Shown in pieces: positions 8,480 to 17,686 of a stretch of DNA of 64,000 nucleotides. Origin of the DNA: a virus; IMG/VR virus record IMGVR_UViG_3300023179_000093, positions 8,082 through 72,081 of that record, one strand, 5' to 3'. Both the position numbers and the translations under genes were made by a program. A model generated the notes under the pieces. It did no database searches, had not been told where the DNA came from, and was given only the letters and a program-made list of their open reading frames with translations. The stretch's first letter is position 1. The number at the start of each line of letters is the position of its first letter.

Positions 8480-8791
8480 TTACCTCTTTCTTTTTGTTTC
8501 TACTGCTTCTTTTATGGCTTCGGACAATTCTTTAAGTAAATCTTCTGCTTCGTCTAAGCCAAGAAAGTATGTTGCGTTTGTATGTGGGAACGAAAAGGGA
8601 AGGCAATGTATATGCTTCTGTATGTCTAACTGGACAACTCCTTTAGATCCTTCTACAGAAATATCCGTAGTTCCCCAAGTGTCTCCGTTATAGTTTACAC
8701 CGCCATCTTCGCATTGAGAAATGTGTTGTCCCCAATCGTCAATAAAAGCAACATTGTCTTTAACTATGGATTCTTGAATAGTGTCACTCAT
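8480..8791 (-). CDS. Hypothetical protein
   Basis: Operon packing. Confidence 0.55.
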   Translation of the reverse strand: MSDTIQESIVKDNVAFIDDWGQHISQCEDGGVNYNGDTWGTTDISVEGSKGVVQLDIQKHIHCLPFSFPHTNATYFLGLDEAEDLLKELSEAIKEAVETKRKR

Positions 8792-9012
8792 CCTTGAAAC
8801 TCCAGCAATTTAATTGGGGACGAAGATGATGCCACAACATCAATGTAAATCTCCCGTCCTTCCCAAGATTCGTCATTATCAAAGGCTGATTTTCTTAGCC
8901 AATGCTTAAACAAGCATACTGCTTGTGCTTTGGTTTTATCTTTATAAACCTGTGCACTATTCTCGTCGTCGGATAAGCGTCCGACAACCAATACAGACTT
9001 TAATTTCTTCAT
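8788..9012 (-). CDS. Hypothetical protein
   Basis: Strong AAGGAGG SD. Confidence 0.6.
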   Translation of the reverse strand: MKKLKSVLVVGRLSDDENSAQVYKDKTKAQAVCLFKHWLRKSAFDNDESWEGREIYIDVVASSSSPIKLLEFQG

Positions 9013-9021
9013 GTAACCTCC

Positions 9022-9276
9022 TTATGTGATTGGTGCTTTTGGGTAGTAGGCTTTTGCTTCGCCAAGGGTTTCAAACTCAGCCAGCAATTGCCGATACCCG
9101 GTTGATGTAATTTCCAAAGACTGAATGTTTTTGTTGTGGTAAGTGTAATACCGATACACCTTGAACCCCTTCAACAAAGGTTCCCCATCTTCATCGTAAC
9201 CCCAATCTCTTTCGATGACGGTCTTTTGTTTGTCGGTTGTTTTGGCCGTAAGCAAATTAAAAAGCGGAAAGTTCAT
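9022..9276 (-). CDS. Hypothetical protein
   Basis: AAGGAGG SD; coupled to the upstream stop. Confidence 0.55.
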   Translation of the reverse strand: MNFPLFNLLTAKTTDKQKTVIERDWGYDEDGEPLLKGFKVYRYYTYHNKNIQSLEITSTGYRQLLAEFETLGEAKAYYPKAPIT

Positions 9277-10094
9277 TTGTCCTCCTTTGGGCTAAAGATC
9301 TTTTTTATGAAGCCTATTGGGCAACCCATAGTTTTCTGGTGATCCTTAAACTTGTTTCCGTAAATATCGATTCCATCTGTGTAGCGATGCCCCATTGAAT
9401 GAGGGTTATGATAAGCGTCTACTTCTTTTCTTTCTTTCCCAAATAAAAAAGCTGTTATTCGTTCCGATTGTAAAACCTCTTTGCTTATAACCTCTTCGTC
9501 TACTTTTAAAGAATAACTATCGGCAAAATATCGAGGGTAAGGAAGCATATACCCAATAGGAGTTCCTTTGTTAATCTGAATTAAATGATTTGGTCTTGTT
9601 ATTTTAAGCGTAAAAGCAAAATTGCGTCGTAAATTATCTGTCTCCACAACTGCGGACATAAAAGAAATGCCATCAATAAAATAATTTGGGGGGTTGGTTA
9701 TTAAAGTATTGACCCCTTTAGGCGTTCGAATAAGCCAAGGTGTTTCAACTGTAAAAGTTCCCATTCCGAAATTAGAAGTAATGTTTTGGTGCCTTGGGTT
9801 TTTTTCGTTATGGGTAATTGTTACGCCTTCTTGTTCTTCTCGCCCATTCCAAAAAACACTAAAATTATAAGCCGCCAACAATACAAAACCATATTGATTA
9901 GCAATTAATAACGGCAAACAAAAATAAGCCTGTTTCGAAAACCAATCTCTTTTCTTTTGTCCGTTTAGGTTAAGGATTAACTCTTTAGGATAGTGTTTGC
10001 ATGCATCGTTGTGGGTAATAGCCAACAAAGTATTTGGCGGAACATCAACTAAGTCTGGGATGTTGCCTTTGATGCTAAGTCTTTGTTGTTTCAT
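9273..10094 (-). CDS. DUF6065-like protein
   Basis: 'AYFCLPL.IANQYG', 'FG.G.FT', 'RTP.G.N', 'PPNY..DG......VETD', 'KGTPI' motifs; visibly AT-richer than its neighbours. Confidence 0.7.
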   Translation of the reverse strand: MKQQRLSIKGNIPDLVDVPPNTLLAITHNDACKHYPKELILNLNGQKKRDWFSKQAYFCLPLLIANQYGFVLLAAYNFSVFWNGREEQEGVTITHNEKNPRHQNITSNFGMGTFTVETPWLIRTPKGVNTLITNPPNYFIDGISFMSAVVETDNLRRNFAFTLKITRPNHLIQINKGTPIGYMLPYPRYFADSYSLKVDEEVISKEVLQSERITAFLFGKERKEVDAYHNPHSMGHRYTDGIDIYGNKFKDHQKTMGCPIGFIKKIFSPKEDK

Positions 10095-10100
10095 TTAATG

Positions 10101-10337
10101 CTATCCTTGTATTACAGCTACTCGGCCACGCACTGGATCGTTGATGAAGCGAACGAGTTTGGCAAATCCACGGAACACGCAGCGGGGTTGCCGTTTGTTC
10201 TCGTGGGATTCCATGTTCACGCTTTCACTGATGAAGTGATTGACTAAGTGGCAAGCGTTCTTCCAGTGAAGCGTAAGGACATTTCGTCCAGACGATCGAC
10301 TGGCTTGTTTGTTGTAGTGAATGAAGAAGCGTCTCAT
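10101..10337 (-). CDS. Hypothetical protein
   Basis: 'FF.HYNK..S......LT.H....C' and 'RQPR' motifs. Confidence 0.6.
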   Translation of the reverse strand: MRRFFIHYNKQASRSSGRNVLTLHWKNACHLVNHFISESVNMESHENKRQPRCVFRGFAKLVRFINDPVRGRVAVIQG

Positions 10338-10528
10338 TATGGGTTCCGTTCAGTTAAGGTTTGCAATACCTTCTGGCTGGTTGGGCATTCGGTTAAAGCG
10401 GAATCTCTTAGGCGTTCAGCAATCTCGGTTCGGCGTAGCAAAGTCTTGCCGACATCACGAGCCAAAGCCGAGCGACTGGCGATCTTCCGTTTCATCGAAA
10501 ACCAAACACCGCCAGAATGTTTCTTCAT
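10337..10528 (-). CDS. Small basic protein
   Basis: Fills the operon gap with stop/start overlaps. Confidence 0.45.
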   Translation of the reverse strand: MKKHSGGVWFSMKRKIASRSALARDVGKTLLRRTEIAERLRDSALTECPTSQKVLQTLTERNP

Positions 10529-10764
10529 TTGGCGTCGAGGTCGACTTGCTGGATATTAAGGAAGCCGGGTCCGTTACCCTCTTCATCCCGATAAACCCAA
10601 GCCACGGACGGCTTTCGGTCTTTGGGGTGGGACTTAAACACAAGTCCGTAGAGTGGCTGGCCGTCAATGCCTTCTTCGTCGCACACTACATCGACCAACA
10701 CTTTGCCTTTTAACTGATTGTATTCGTTTAAGTAGGGGTCTTTCTTTGCTAGGCTCATAGCCAA
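10525..10764 (-). CDS. Hypothetical protein
   Basis: C-terminal 'DEEGNGPGFL' motif common in small phage proteins. Confidence 0.6.
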   Translation of the reverse strand: MAMSLAKKDPYLNEYNQLKGKVLVDVVCDEEGIDGQPLYGLVFKSHPKDRKPSVAWVYRDEEGNGPGFLNIQQVDLDAK

Positions 10765-11198
10765 GCTCCTTTCTTCTTGGGGTTGGAGTATCTGGGAACG
10801 AAGTATTTGTCTCCGCTCCAGTCCACCTTGTCTTTATCAAGGGCTCGCTCAATGCCCACGATGTCGTGGACAAGCGAGAAAGTATGATCGCTTGAAAGCA
10901 TCTCTTTCAGACGAAGCGGGTAGAACTTGCTGTGGCAAATGGCTAAACTAATGCCAGCGTTGGAAACAATAACTTTTACTCTGTTTCTCATCTTCCGCTG
11001 TTCTTCGCTATCATCAATTTGAGAGGCAATCTTTTCCATCTGATTGTGATACTTCATCACTACTTTACTTATCAATTTACTATCTGCCTTGGACACTCCC
11101 TCAATGGCCATACAGAATCTCTCAGTTCTATCCATCGAATTGGGAATTGTCTTGGACACAAGTCCTCTGCCTCCTGGGATATCAACTCTCTTTCTCAC
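10755..11198 (-). CDS. Hypothetical protein (possibly DUF6874-like)
   Basis: 'CH....PLRL..ML..D......HD..GI.R.......F.PRY' pattern. Confidence 0.6.
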   Translation of the reverse strand: MRKRVDIPGGRGLVSKTIPNSMDRTERFCMAIEGVSKADSKLISKVVMKYHNQMEKIASQIDDSEEQRKMRNRVKVIVSNAGISLAICHSKFYPLRLKEMLSSDHTFSLVHDIVGIERALDKDKVDWSGDKYFVPRYSNPKKKGAWL

Positions 11199-11409
11199 CT
11201 TGAACCTCCTTGGTTAATGATTTCCATTTGATCGTGTTGCGTAAGTAAATGTTTCTTTCCTCGGCGTAGGCCAAGTCGTGAAAGACGGATGAAGACACCC
11301 ATCCTTTAACAAGCCAGACAATGTGGTCTTCGATTTGCTTGGTGCTCCAGTCTGCGGGAATGGTTATGCTGACATCCATCTTCACACGGACTTCTTGGTT
11401 CATCCGCAA
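11182..11409 (-). CDS. Hypothetical protein
   Basis: Operon packing. Confidence 0.5.
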   Translation of the reverse strand: MRMNQEVRVKMDVSITIPADWSTKQIEDHIVWLVKGWVSSSVFHDLAYAEERNIYLRNTIKWKSLTKEVQGEKES

Positions 11410-11612
11410 ACCTTAACTTTCTGTCCCTCAAAATCTAAATGCAGAACATTCTTTTCATGCCGTTTGCACCAAACTTGCAGACCTTTTTTAGTCCACCCAA
11501 CCTCAAGGCTGGCGTAGGAGCGGGGGCTTTCGCCATCGGGCAGTTCGTCCAAGCAATCTCGGCAATGGAAGAATGTCTTAATCTGATTCTTGATTCGTTT
11601 GGGTGCAATCAT
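11400..11612 (-). CDS. Small Zn-binding protein
   Basis: 'HC..C' plus 'G.QVWC.RH' motif. Confidence 0.65.
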   Translation of the reverse strand: MIAPKRIKNQIKTFFHCRDCLDELPDGESPRSYASLEVGWTKKGLQVWCKRHEKNVLHLDFEGQKVKVCG

Positions 11613-12046
11613 CCAAGCGTCCTTCGTATGATGGTTGCTGTATCCATTGGGATTACTTCAATCTTAAGAAGATCGTCGAGTTGCTTGGTTGTTGGCGTAG
11701 GCACCCAAACAACTTCTTTCTCAAGATCCTCAATCTTGCTGACGCAATCGGCACTCTCGCCTTCGTCGTCGGTATTGACGATCAAGGTCTTGCCGGCGAG
11801 GTGAGACTGATCCGCCCATGTAAAACGGTAGCAACCGACTTTTTCCAAGTGCTCGTCGCCCTTGATCAACCCCTCGTCATCGACAAAAGCTGTGTCGCCA
11901 TTCGGCATACCGAAACAAGTAAAGCAACTGCACTCCAACAGATCGTTGATCTTTCGGTAGTCTTTCTTGGGGAAAGATACTTCCGTGATTGACCGAGCTT
12001 TGGGGTCAATGAGTATTCCTTTAACCTTAAGCTGAGGTGTAGCCAT
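11609..12046 (-). CDS. DUF3846-like protein
   Basis: 'ILIDP', 'FVDDEGL', 'LAGK.L....D.EGE' motifs. Confidence 0.65.
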   Translation of the reverse strand: MATPQLKVKGILIDPKARSITEVSFPKKDYRKINDLLECSCFTCFGMPNGDTAFVDDEGLIKGDEHLEKVGCYRFTWADQSHLAGKTLIVNTDDEGESADCVSKIEDLEKEVVWVPTPTTKQLDDLLKIEVIPMDTATIIRRTLG

Positions 12047-12047
12047 A

Positions 12048-12509
12048 TTAGTATTCTCCTTTCATCCCATACGCACTACGCATTGGGTTTGTTTCTTGGA
12101 TGTCTTCCGCAAAGCTGTGAGCTTTCTGATTAACCGACACGCACTGGTTGACTTCATCAAGCCAGTCGGACTTCTCTTCGGGTAGCTTCTCGGTTCGCCC
12201 CATCCATGTCTGTGGTCGGATGTTGCAGAACCAATCTTGTATCGAGGGGATCCGCCCCAAGTCCTCCTTCACATGTTGCTCGGCCACCCATCGGGTGGGG
12301 ATCATTCGGCCATCGCTGTTCTTGATGGCGTGGCCAAAGATCCGTTCAGCCATGAAGCAACCCTCGGCATGGTGACGAAGGGCACGATGGCGGAAGTCGG
12401 CCATCATCATCTTGCTTTCGTCAAACCAATCGTGGATGGCTTGGTAGTCTTCGGGTTTGCCACCCCACTTCCTGGCTGAACTGACTGCGTGATGGTAGGG
12501 ATTAGCCAT
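12048..12509 (-). CDS. DUF6915-like His-rich protein
   Basis: Start at ATG 12509: 'MANPYHHA.SSA.KWGG.PEDY..IHDWFD.SK....D.RHRALRHH..G...AE..FG', 'EQHV.ED.G.IP...DW'. Confidence 0.8.
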   Translation of the reverse strand: MANPYHHAVSSARKWGGKPEDYQAIHDWFDESKMMMADFRHRALRHHAEGCFMAERIFGHAIKNSDGRMIPTRWVAEQHVKEDLGRIPSIQDWFCNIRPQTWMGRTEKLPEEKSDWLDEVNQCVSVNQKAHSFAEDIQETNPMRSAYGMKGEY

Positions 12510-12705
12510 TGGTCGGATGAGGAAGGACTCCTTCAACGCAGCTATGCAATACTTCACCAAAGGTTTGGTCGTAGTATTTGGACATACGCTCGACGATGAG
12601 ATTGAATCCTTCCTTGGTTAATCCCGAGTCGTCGTAGCCCAACTCCTTCAAATCGTGAGAGGTGAGGGTAACAACTGGGGCGTGATGGAACAACCGAGTG
12701 CTCAT
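12502..12705 (-). CDS. Small hypothetical protein
   Basis: Coupled between the DUF6878-like and DUF6915-like genes. Confidence 0.55.
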   Translation of the reverse strand: MSTRLFHHAPVVTLTSHDLKELGYDDSGLTKEGFNLIVERMSKYYDQTFGEVLHSCVEGVLPHPTNG

Positions 12706-13229
12706 TAGTAGGTTTCCTCGGATGTGTTGACTTCCTCGATCCGCTCGTTGTAGGTCAGTTCAATCTGATCATTGTCGAGCGTCCAACTGAAGGTTCCGTA
12801 AGACCCCGAGTTGATTTCCCATCCGCCATGCTCCGACTCAAGGATTCGGTAGAACAAATCCTCCAGTGCTTCTTCCAGCGTGGCTTCCTTGGTGATTTCC
12901 TTTGGGTGTCCGTCGGCAAACGACCATCCTTGGTTGATCATAATCCCTTCGATGGACGACTTGAGTTGTTCGTCGGGCAAGGTGATCTTAACTTCTTCAA
13001 CACCTTTGTTGGTCTTCTTGTTCTTAAAGAATTCGGAAGACTCAAACGAACCGCTGTCGCCACAACCATCAAAGGTTGCCTCGACACGCTGGACACCTAG
13101 CTGGGTAAGAATCTCCCGCAGAACTCCACGACTATCCTTGGCTCTCTTGCGGTGAATCTCCCGCTCCTTGGCAATCCCTTCGTAGATACTTGCCATATCT
13201 ACCTCAAGTTTCTTGGTTTTCTTTGGCAT
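12705..13229 (-). CDS. DUF6878-like acidic protein
   Basis: 'V...FDG.GDSG' and 'GWE.N.G.YG.F' motifs. Confidence 0.75.
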   Translation of the reverse strand: MPKKTKKLEVDMASIYEGIAKEREIHRKRAKDSRGVLREILTQLGVQRVEATFDGCGDSGSFESSEFFKNKKTNKGVEEVKITLPDEQLKSSIEGIMINQGWSFADGHPKEITKEATLEEALEDLFYRILESEHGGWEINSGSYGTFSWTLDNDQIELTYNERIEEVNTSEETY

Positions 13230-13243
13230 ATTGTTTCCTTTCT

Positions 13244-14599
13244 TTAGCAATCAAGGGGGCCAATCAGCCTTGGGCCGATGTGGGTTGCCCCATTGGTTAA
13301 CTTCTTGAGATACTCAATGGTCTCTTCGACCGTCTCCGTCATTACCGCCTTGGCCTTGATGGCTAAGGCACGAGCCTCGGCAGTCAGATGGGCGTAGCCA
13401 CAATCGTCGTGACCCGAGGTGACGCCCCCGTCACACATCCAGACCACCGCCTCGTTGGCAAACCGCTTGGCCGCAATCGCCCAGCGTAAGGCTGGGCCAT
13501 CGACGCCGTTGCCACCGCCGTTCTTGGTCGGAAGTTTGTCCACCATCTTGCCGTCCTTGGCCAAGATCCAGAAGTTGGGGACATTCTTGGAGCCGTCTTT
13601 GTGGGCGTAGGCGGCAATCGTAGCTCCAGGTGCTGCGTTAAGGATCTTGAGGATGTCGGAACTTTCAAGCGACATCGATCCCGACCAGTCGATCAAGACA
13701 ACCCCGCCTTTGTTCCGCTTCATCCGATCAAAGATCCGCTTGTAGGGATCAGTGAGCAGACGATGCAAACGGCGTGGGCTACGACCCGATTGCGAACACA
13801 CCTTGATACGACCCATGTCTCCGTTGTGCATCTTGGTGAGGGGAGCTCTGCCGTGGCAAAGAGGAGCGAAAGCTCCTCGTCCGTCGTCATCGCTGTCGCA
13901 ATGTCGTATGTTTGGAATAGGCATTTGCCCGGTTTCGGAAGCCAGAGCAATATACTTGTCCAAGATGGCGGCGATTCGCTCGGTGACTTCAAAGCCACGA
14001 GTCATGGGAACCTTCCGCTTCCGACCATCAAAGGATCGATCGCTGGTCAATATGCTGGAGCAGTTTTCGAGGATGGTTTCGATTTGCGAATTGATGCAAT
14101 CAAAACCCTCCAGCATGGACTTGTCGCCCAACTCAAGGGCGGCTTTCTTCACGCCATTTCGGAAGTCTTCCTGACCCGCCGTGCCATGAGTAGCTGCGAT
14201 GCCTTTGATTAAGGTTCGCCAGTCTTTATGCTTGGCTGACTCGTAGCCAGTCGTCTCGTCGGTGGGGTCGAAGAGATGGAGGTGAGGCTTAAAGCCCTCT
14301 ATCTCGAGAGCTTTGTTAACCCGACACTCCTCGGCAAACATCAACGATTCAAGGCTGGCTTTCTTTCGTTGCACCCAACCCGTCACATCCTTGGGGCTGA
14401 TGCGAATGTGCATCAACTCGTGGGCACGAATGCAACGAGCCGTCTCGTCGGCATCCAAGGGAACCCGAATCGTATGGGTGGCGATGCAGGTCTTGGGAGC
14501 TCCTCGCATCGTCATACATCGGGCGATGTCCCATACCTCATTGTCGCCACGCTTGTTGCCAGCTTGGCGTATGAACTCTGGGAAGATTGCGTTACTCAT
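13244..14599 (-). CDS. HExxH metallopeptidase-like plus VWA domain protein
   Basis: 'RAHELMH...EE.RVN' at the N-terminus; MIDAS 'LIDWSGSM' and 'CDG' at the C-terminus. Confidence 0.8.
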   Translation of the reverse strand: MSNAIFPEFIRQAGNKRGDNEVWDIARCMTMRGAPKTCIATHTIRVPLDADETARCIRAHELMHIRISPKDVTGWVQRKKASLESLMFAEECRVNKALEIEGFKPHLHLFDPTDETTGYESAKHKDWRTLIKGIAATHGTAGQEDFRNGVKKAALELGDKSMLEGFDCINSQIETILENCSSILTSDRSFDGRKRKVPMTRGFEVTERIAAILDKYIALASETGQMPIPNIRHCDSDDDGRGAFAPLCHGRAPLTKMHNGDMGRIKVCSQSGRSPRRLHRLLTDPYKRIFDRMKRNKGGVVLIDWSGSMSLESSDILKILNAAPGATIAAYAHKDGSKNVPNFWILAKDGKMVDKLPTKNGGGNGVDGPALRWAIAAKRFANEAVVWMCDGGVTSGHDDCGYAHLTAEARALAIKAKAVMTETVEETIEYLKKLTNGATHIGPRLIGPLDC

Positions 14600-14632
14600 C
14601 GTTACCTCCTTTCAGCGAAGGTTGAAGGTTGG

Positions 14633-15373
14633 TTAGTCGTTAACTTGATCGATCTTGATGGCGTCCAAGAAGTCGGTGGCTCGGTCAGCGAACAGCAACA
14701 CCGCCGCTCTCTCGGCTCCGACAGACTTGCGAAGATTGTCGAAGGCGTAGAAGGAACGGAGGTCAATGCGACGCTCACCCAAGTCAGCTGACCGCTCGGC
14801 GTAAACACGAAGGTCAGACGACAACTTCTCCAACGCCGTCTTGTGGGGTTTGTTGACCCGAACACGGATCGGGAAGCGGGAACGGATGGCCTCGGGCAAG
14901 TCCTCAAGGTTCTCCAGATTGGTGGTCATCACCACGCTGAAGCCTTTCTTGGGGGTCTCAACCTCGCCAGTCTGGGGATTCTCCCACTTGCAGGACTCGG
15001 GGCTGTCGGTCATGGCAAGAAGCGTGGCAAACACATCGCCCCCCGCCTTGTCGATCTCGTCGACAATCAAGCGACCGCCAGTCCGCCATGCCTTGACCGC
15101 TTGGCCTTCGTGCCAAGAGAAAGTGCCTTTGTCGTTGGGCATCCAAGCCCCAGTGACATCGGCGTTGGTCATGTCGGGAGTGCAGATGAGACGGAAGGTC
15201 GGACGATCCCCAGTCTGCATCGTCAAGCCAGCGTAGGTCTTGCCAGTTCCAGGAGGTCCGTAAAGGACAAGGCGATCAACGCCAGCCTTGAATGCGTCCT
15301 CAATGTCGACCCAGCAATCCGTGTTGCGGGTTGTGATGGTCTTCTTCTTTGTCGTGGTGGTGGTGGTAGCCAT
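14633..15373 (-). CDS. MoxR/CobS-like AAA+ ATPase
   Basis: Walker A GPPGTGKT, Walker B 'LIVDEID', sensor 'TTN', Arg finger 'A..SRF'. Confidence 0.9.
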   Translation of the reverse strand: MATTTTTTKKKTITTRNTDCWVDIEDAFKAGVDRLVLYGPPGTGKTYAGLTMQTGDRPTFRLICTPDMTNADVTGAWMPNDKGTFSWHEGQAVKAWRTGGRLIVDEIDKAGGDVFATLLAMTDSPESCKWENPQTGEVETPKKGFSVVMTTNLENLEDLPEAIRSRFPIRVRVNKPHKTALEKLSSDLRVYAERSADLGERRIDLRSFYAFDNLRKSVGAERAAVLLFADRATDFLDAIKIDQVND

Positions 15374-15399
15374 AGGTGTCTTACTCCTTTCGGTTGGGG

Positions 15400-15819
15400 T
15401 TATTCGGCTTGCTTCTGTCGCAACGCCTCTTGGGCGTCGTTCTTCTTGGCCTCAAGGATGGACTCCTTGAGATCGTCACGCATCTTGCGGAGGAAATCTG
15501 GCATAGCTTCGAGTGCCTCTGGACTAAGATCGCTGTCGTCCATGAGTGCAGTCGCCGAGACGGTGATCATCATCACCACTCGTTGGAAGATGCTCTTGTC
15601 ACGAGAGGCGAGGTGACCCAAGGCGGCAATCGCGGCTTTGACCTCACGGCCTTCCGCAGATGCCGGCCCACCAGTCACCTTGCATGCAATCGTCATCAAC
15701 AGCTTCAGCAAGGCCTCGTCTTGAGTGTCCTTGGTAGCCTTGATGCTGATGCAATTCATCTCTTCCATCATCCCACCTTCGTGGGAATCGTCGTCTTTTG
15801 TGAACTTGATTCTGCTCAT
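15400..15819 (-). CDS. Helical hypothetical protein
   Basis: 139 aa; AGGAG SD. Confidence 0.6.
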   Translation of the reverse strand: MSRIKFTKDDDSHEGGMMEEMNCISIKATKDTQDEALLKLLMTIACKVTGGPASAEGREVKAAIAALGHLASRDKSIFQRVVMMITVSATALMDDSDLSPEALEAMPDFLRKMRDDLKESILEAKKNDAQEALRQKQAE

Positions 15820-15888
15820 TGTAGTAAGTTCTCCTTGTCTTGACTCGACAGGATCCGGATATGGCAGGATTCTGTCAAGATAAGATTG

Positions 15889-16146
15889 TTAAATGCTTCG
15901 TCCGCCAGCGAACAACACATTCCGTAAGGTGGATCGCTGGCCTATCCGCCTTGAATACCGACGCAAATCAGTGAAGGTTTCGGGAGCCATCAACTCAATC
16001 GACGCACCAGTCTTGTGGGCGTAGACCATTGAACCCTTGTATCTGGGTGTTGGGTTCTTCGTCGCACAAGACAAGCAGTAGAGGAGATCAAGATCCCTTC
16101 GTGCCTTCTCCGTGGGCTTGTTGCAGCAAGGGCAAAGGTTGCTCAT
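15889..16146 (-). CDS. Zn-finger protein (DksA/TraR C4-like spacing)
   Basis: C..C ... 'AR......YCLSC'; 'HKTG' motif. Confidence 0.6.
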   Translation of the reverse strand: MSNLCPCCNKPTEKARRDLDLLYCLSCATKNPTPRYKGSMVYAHKTGASIELMAPETFTDLRRYSRRIGQRSTLRNVLFAGGRSI

Positions 16147-16289
16147 GCTCTAACCTTGCGAACTCTGGCTTGATCGTCCCACTCCCAGCCTTCGGCAATT
16201 AAGAAGTGGTAGGCTCGGTTCAAGTCCTTGAAACGCTTGATGACATTGAACCTTCCGACTCGGTTATCCCAATAGATTACTTCAAACAT
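16143..16289 (-). CDS. 48-aa protein not in the ORF track (MFEVIYWDNRVG...)
   Basis: Translated by hand; GAGGAGG SD; ATGA-coupled to the next gene. Confidence 0.55.
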   Translation of the reverse strand: MFEVIYWDNRVGRFNVIKRFKDLNRAYHFLIAEGWEWDDQARVRKVRA

Positions 16290-16471
16290 ACGACCTCCTC
16301 GTAGGAATCAAAGATGCGAGTGCATTCGCTATTGATTCGGTTGAGTATCTTGTGGAGCTTCTCGTTCTCTTGTTCCACAAAGCTCAGCCTTTCACGAAGC
16401 CCATCGATGCACAGATAGGCATCTCGAAGCTGATGCTCTGGGATGAGGGGCAAAGGTTGAAGGTTCGCCAT
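16277..16471 (-). CDS. Small coiled-coil protein
   Basis: Operon packing. Confidence 0.5.
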   Translation of the reverse strand: MANLQPLPLIPEHQLRDAYLCIDGLRERLSFVEQENEKLHKILNRINSECTRIFDSYEEVVCLK

Positions 16472-16475
16472 TGGA

Positions 16476-16715
16476 CTAGGCCTTCAAAGGAACATAGGTT
16501 CCATCAGCAGCCATCAGTGCCAGCTTGCTGGCATCGGGGAACGCACTGATGATCCTTGCCCAGTGCATCACTTCCTCACGGCAGTCGCTGATGTAATGGT
16601 GACGGAGACCAGAGACTGGTCGTCCGTTCCTCAAGACGATCCAGTTCGTCTTGGGGTGCAACCGATTCAGTGTCTTGTTGATGGTGGCGTTGTCTCTCCA
16701 TTGTCCGAGTTTCAT
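16476..16715 (-). CDS. Hypothetical protein
   Basis: AAGGAG SD; first gene of a leftward unit. Confidence 0.55.
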   Translation of the reverse strand: MKLGQWRDNATINKTLNRLHPKTNWIVLRNGRPVSGLRHHYISDCREEVMHWARIISAFPDASKLALMAADGTYVPLKA

Positions 16716-16755
16716 ATGTCTTGACTCCTTGGTGTCCTTCTGTTACAAGTAGTAG

Positions 16756-17352
16756 ATGCCGAAGGACTTGGGCATCGACTGGAAACTGGTTGAAGCGGAA
16801 TACATGAGAGGCACTCGCCTCTCTGAGATTCAAAGGTTGTATTCTTTGAATCCTGGGACTCTTAAATCCAGAATGAGAAGGGGCGGATGGGCTTCAAAAA
16901 GGGTGGCGTTGATAGAAGCAACCCAAGTCAAAGCGACCCAGAAAAGTGTGCAAACGCTGGCCAATCGAGCCAGCGGATATCTGGAAAGGGTAGTAAAGCA
17001 AGTTGACCGAGGGTTGGAGGTTCTTGAGACGCAACCTCCAGCCAGTGTCAAGGAAGTGGATGCACACTTCGAAGCTCTCAACAAAATTGACAAGATTGCT
17101 AGGCCAGCGTTGGGGCTGAACGACCAAGCAAACGGAACGAACAAGGGAATTGTCAATATTGCGATTTTACAAGGGGTTGCAGAAGCTCCAGTTGTCAAGA
17201 TTTGTCAAGACAACGAGGCGAACAGAGAAACCCATTGGGTTGGAACCCCAATTAGGCAAACGATTCAGTCCAATCCCCAGTCCTCTGAACCTTTGCCCCA
17301 CGCCGACGGAGTTGACGATCGTAGTTCGTCCCATTCCGATCTGCCTTCCTAA
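16756..17352 (+). CDS. Putative terminase small subunit (HTH)
   Basis: 'DW..VEAEY..G..L.EI...Y.L...TLKSR..R.GW' HTH typical of TerS N-termini, then helical region 'DK.AR..LGL'. Confidence 0.65.
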   Translation: MPKDLGIDWKLVEAEYMRGTRLSEIQRLYSLNPGTLKSRMRRGGWASKRVALIEATQVKATQKSVQTLANRASGYLERVVKQVDRGLEVLETQPPASVKEVDAHFEALNKIDKIARPALGLNDQANGTNKGIVNIAILQGVAEAPVVKICQDNEANRETHWVGTPIRQTIQSNPQSSEPLPHADGVDDRSSSHSDLPS

Positions 17353-17608
17353 TGGCTTGGAATCGCTCCTCAAAGGCCATAGCAGCGAGGCTCCTAGACT
17401 TGGTAGGCTTGGCGTAGTGGTAAGTGCATTCCTTGGCCATTATGGCCTTCTTCTTTAGCCCCCAGAGGGTCTTGCGGTCAGAGTAAAGTTCAAGCCGATA
17501 ACAAGCGTCAAGGGTTGGGGAAGGCTTGCAACCAGCGACAAGGGAATTGTTAATCGTTCTGTCGGGGTATCCAGCAAGTATCAGTTGTTCTCGTAGGCTT
17601 TTATTCAT
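17252..17608 (-). CDS. Hypothetical protein
   Basis: GGAGG SD. Confidence 0.5.
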   Translation of the reverse strand: MNKSLREQLILAGYPDRTINNSLVAGCKPSPTLDACYRLELYSDRKTLWGLKKKAIMAKECTYHYAKPTKSRSLAAMAFEERFQAIRKADRNGTNYDRQLRRRGAKVQRTGDWTESFA

Positions 17609-17631
17609 ATGACCTCCAGGAATTAAAGGTT

Positions 17632-17669
17632 AAAAAAAGAAACACCGAGGGGGATTGAACCCCTCGGTG
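17632..17669 (-). terminator. Intrinsic terminator (minus strand)
   Basis: 10-bp stem CACCGAGGGG/CCCCTCGGTG followed by a U-rich tract on the minus strand. Confidence 0.75.
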
Positions 17670-17686
17670 CTTCGGTGAACCGATCC

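Noticed and set aside
13601-15843. Plus-strand ORFs opposite the AAA/VWA genes
   Set aside because: Antisense shadows of well-supported minus-strand genes.
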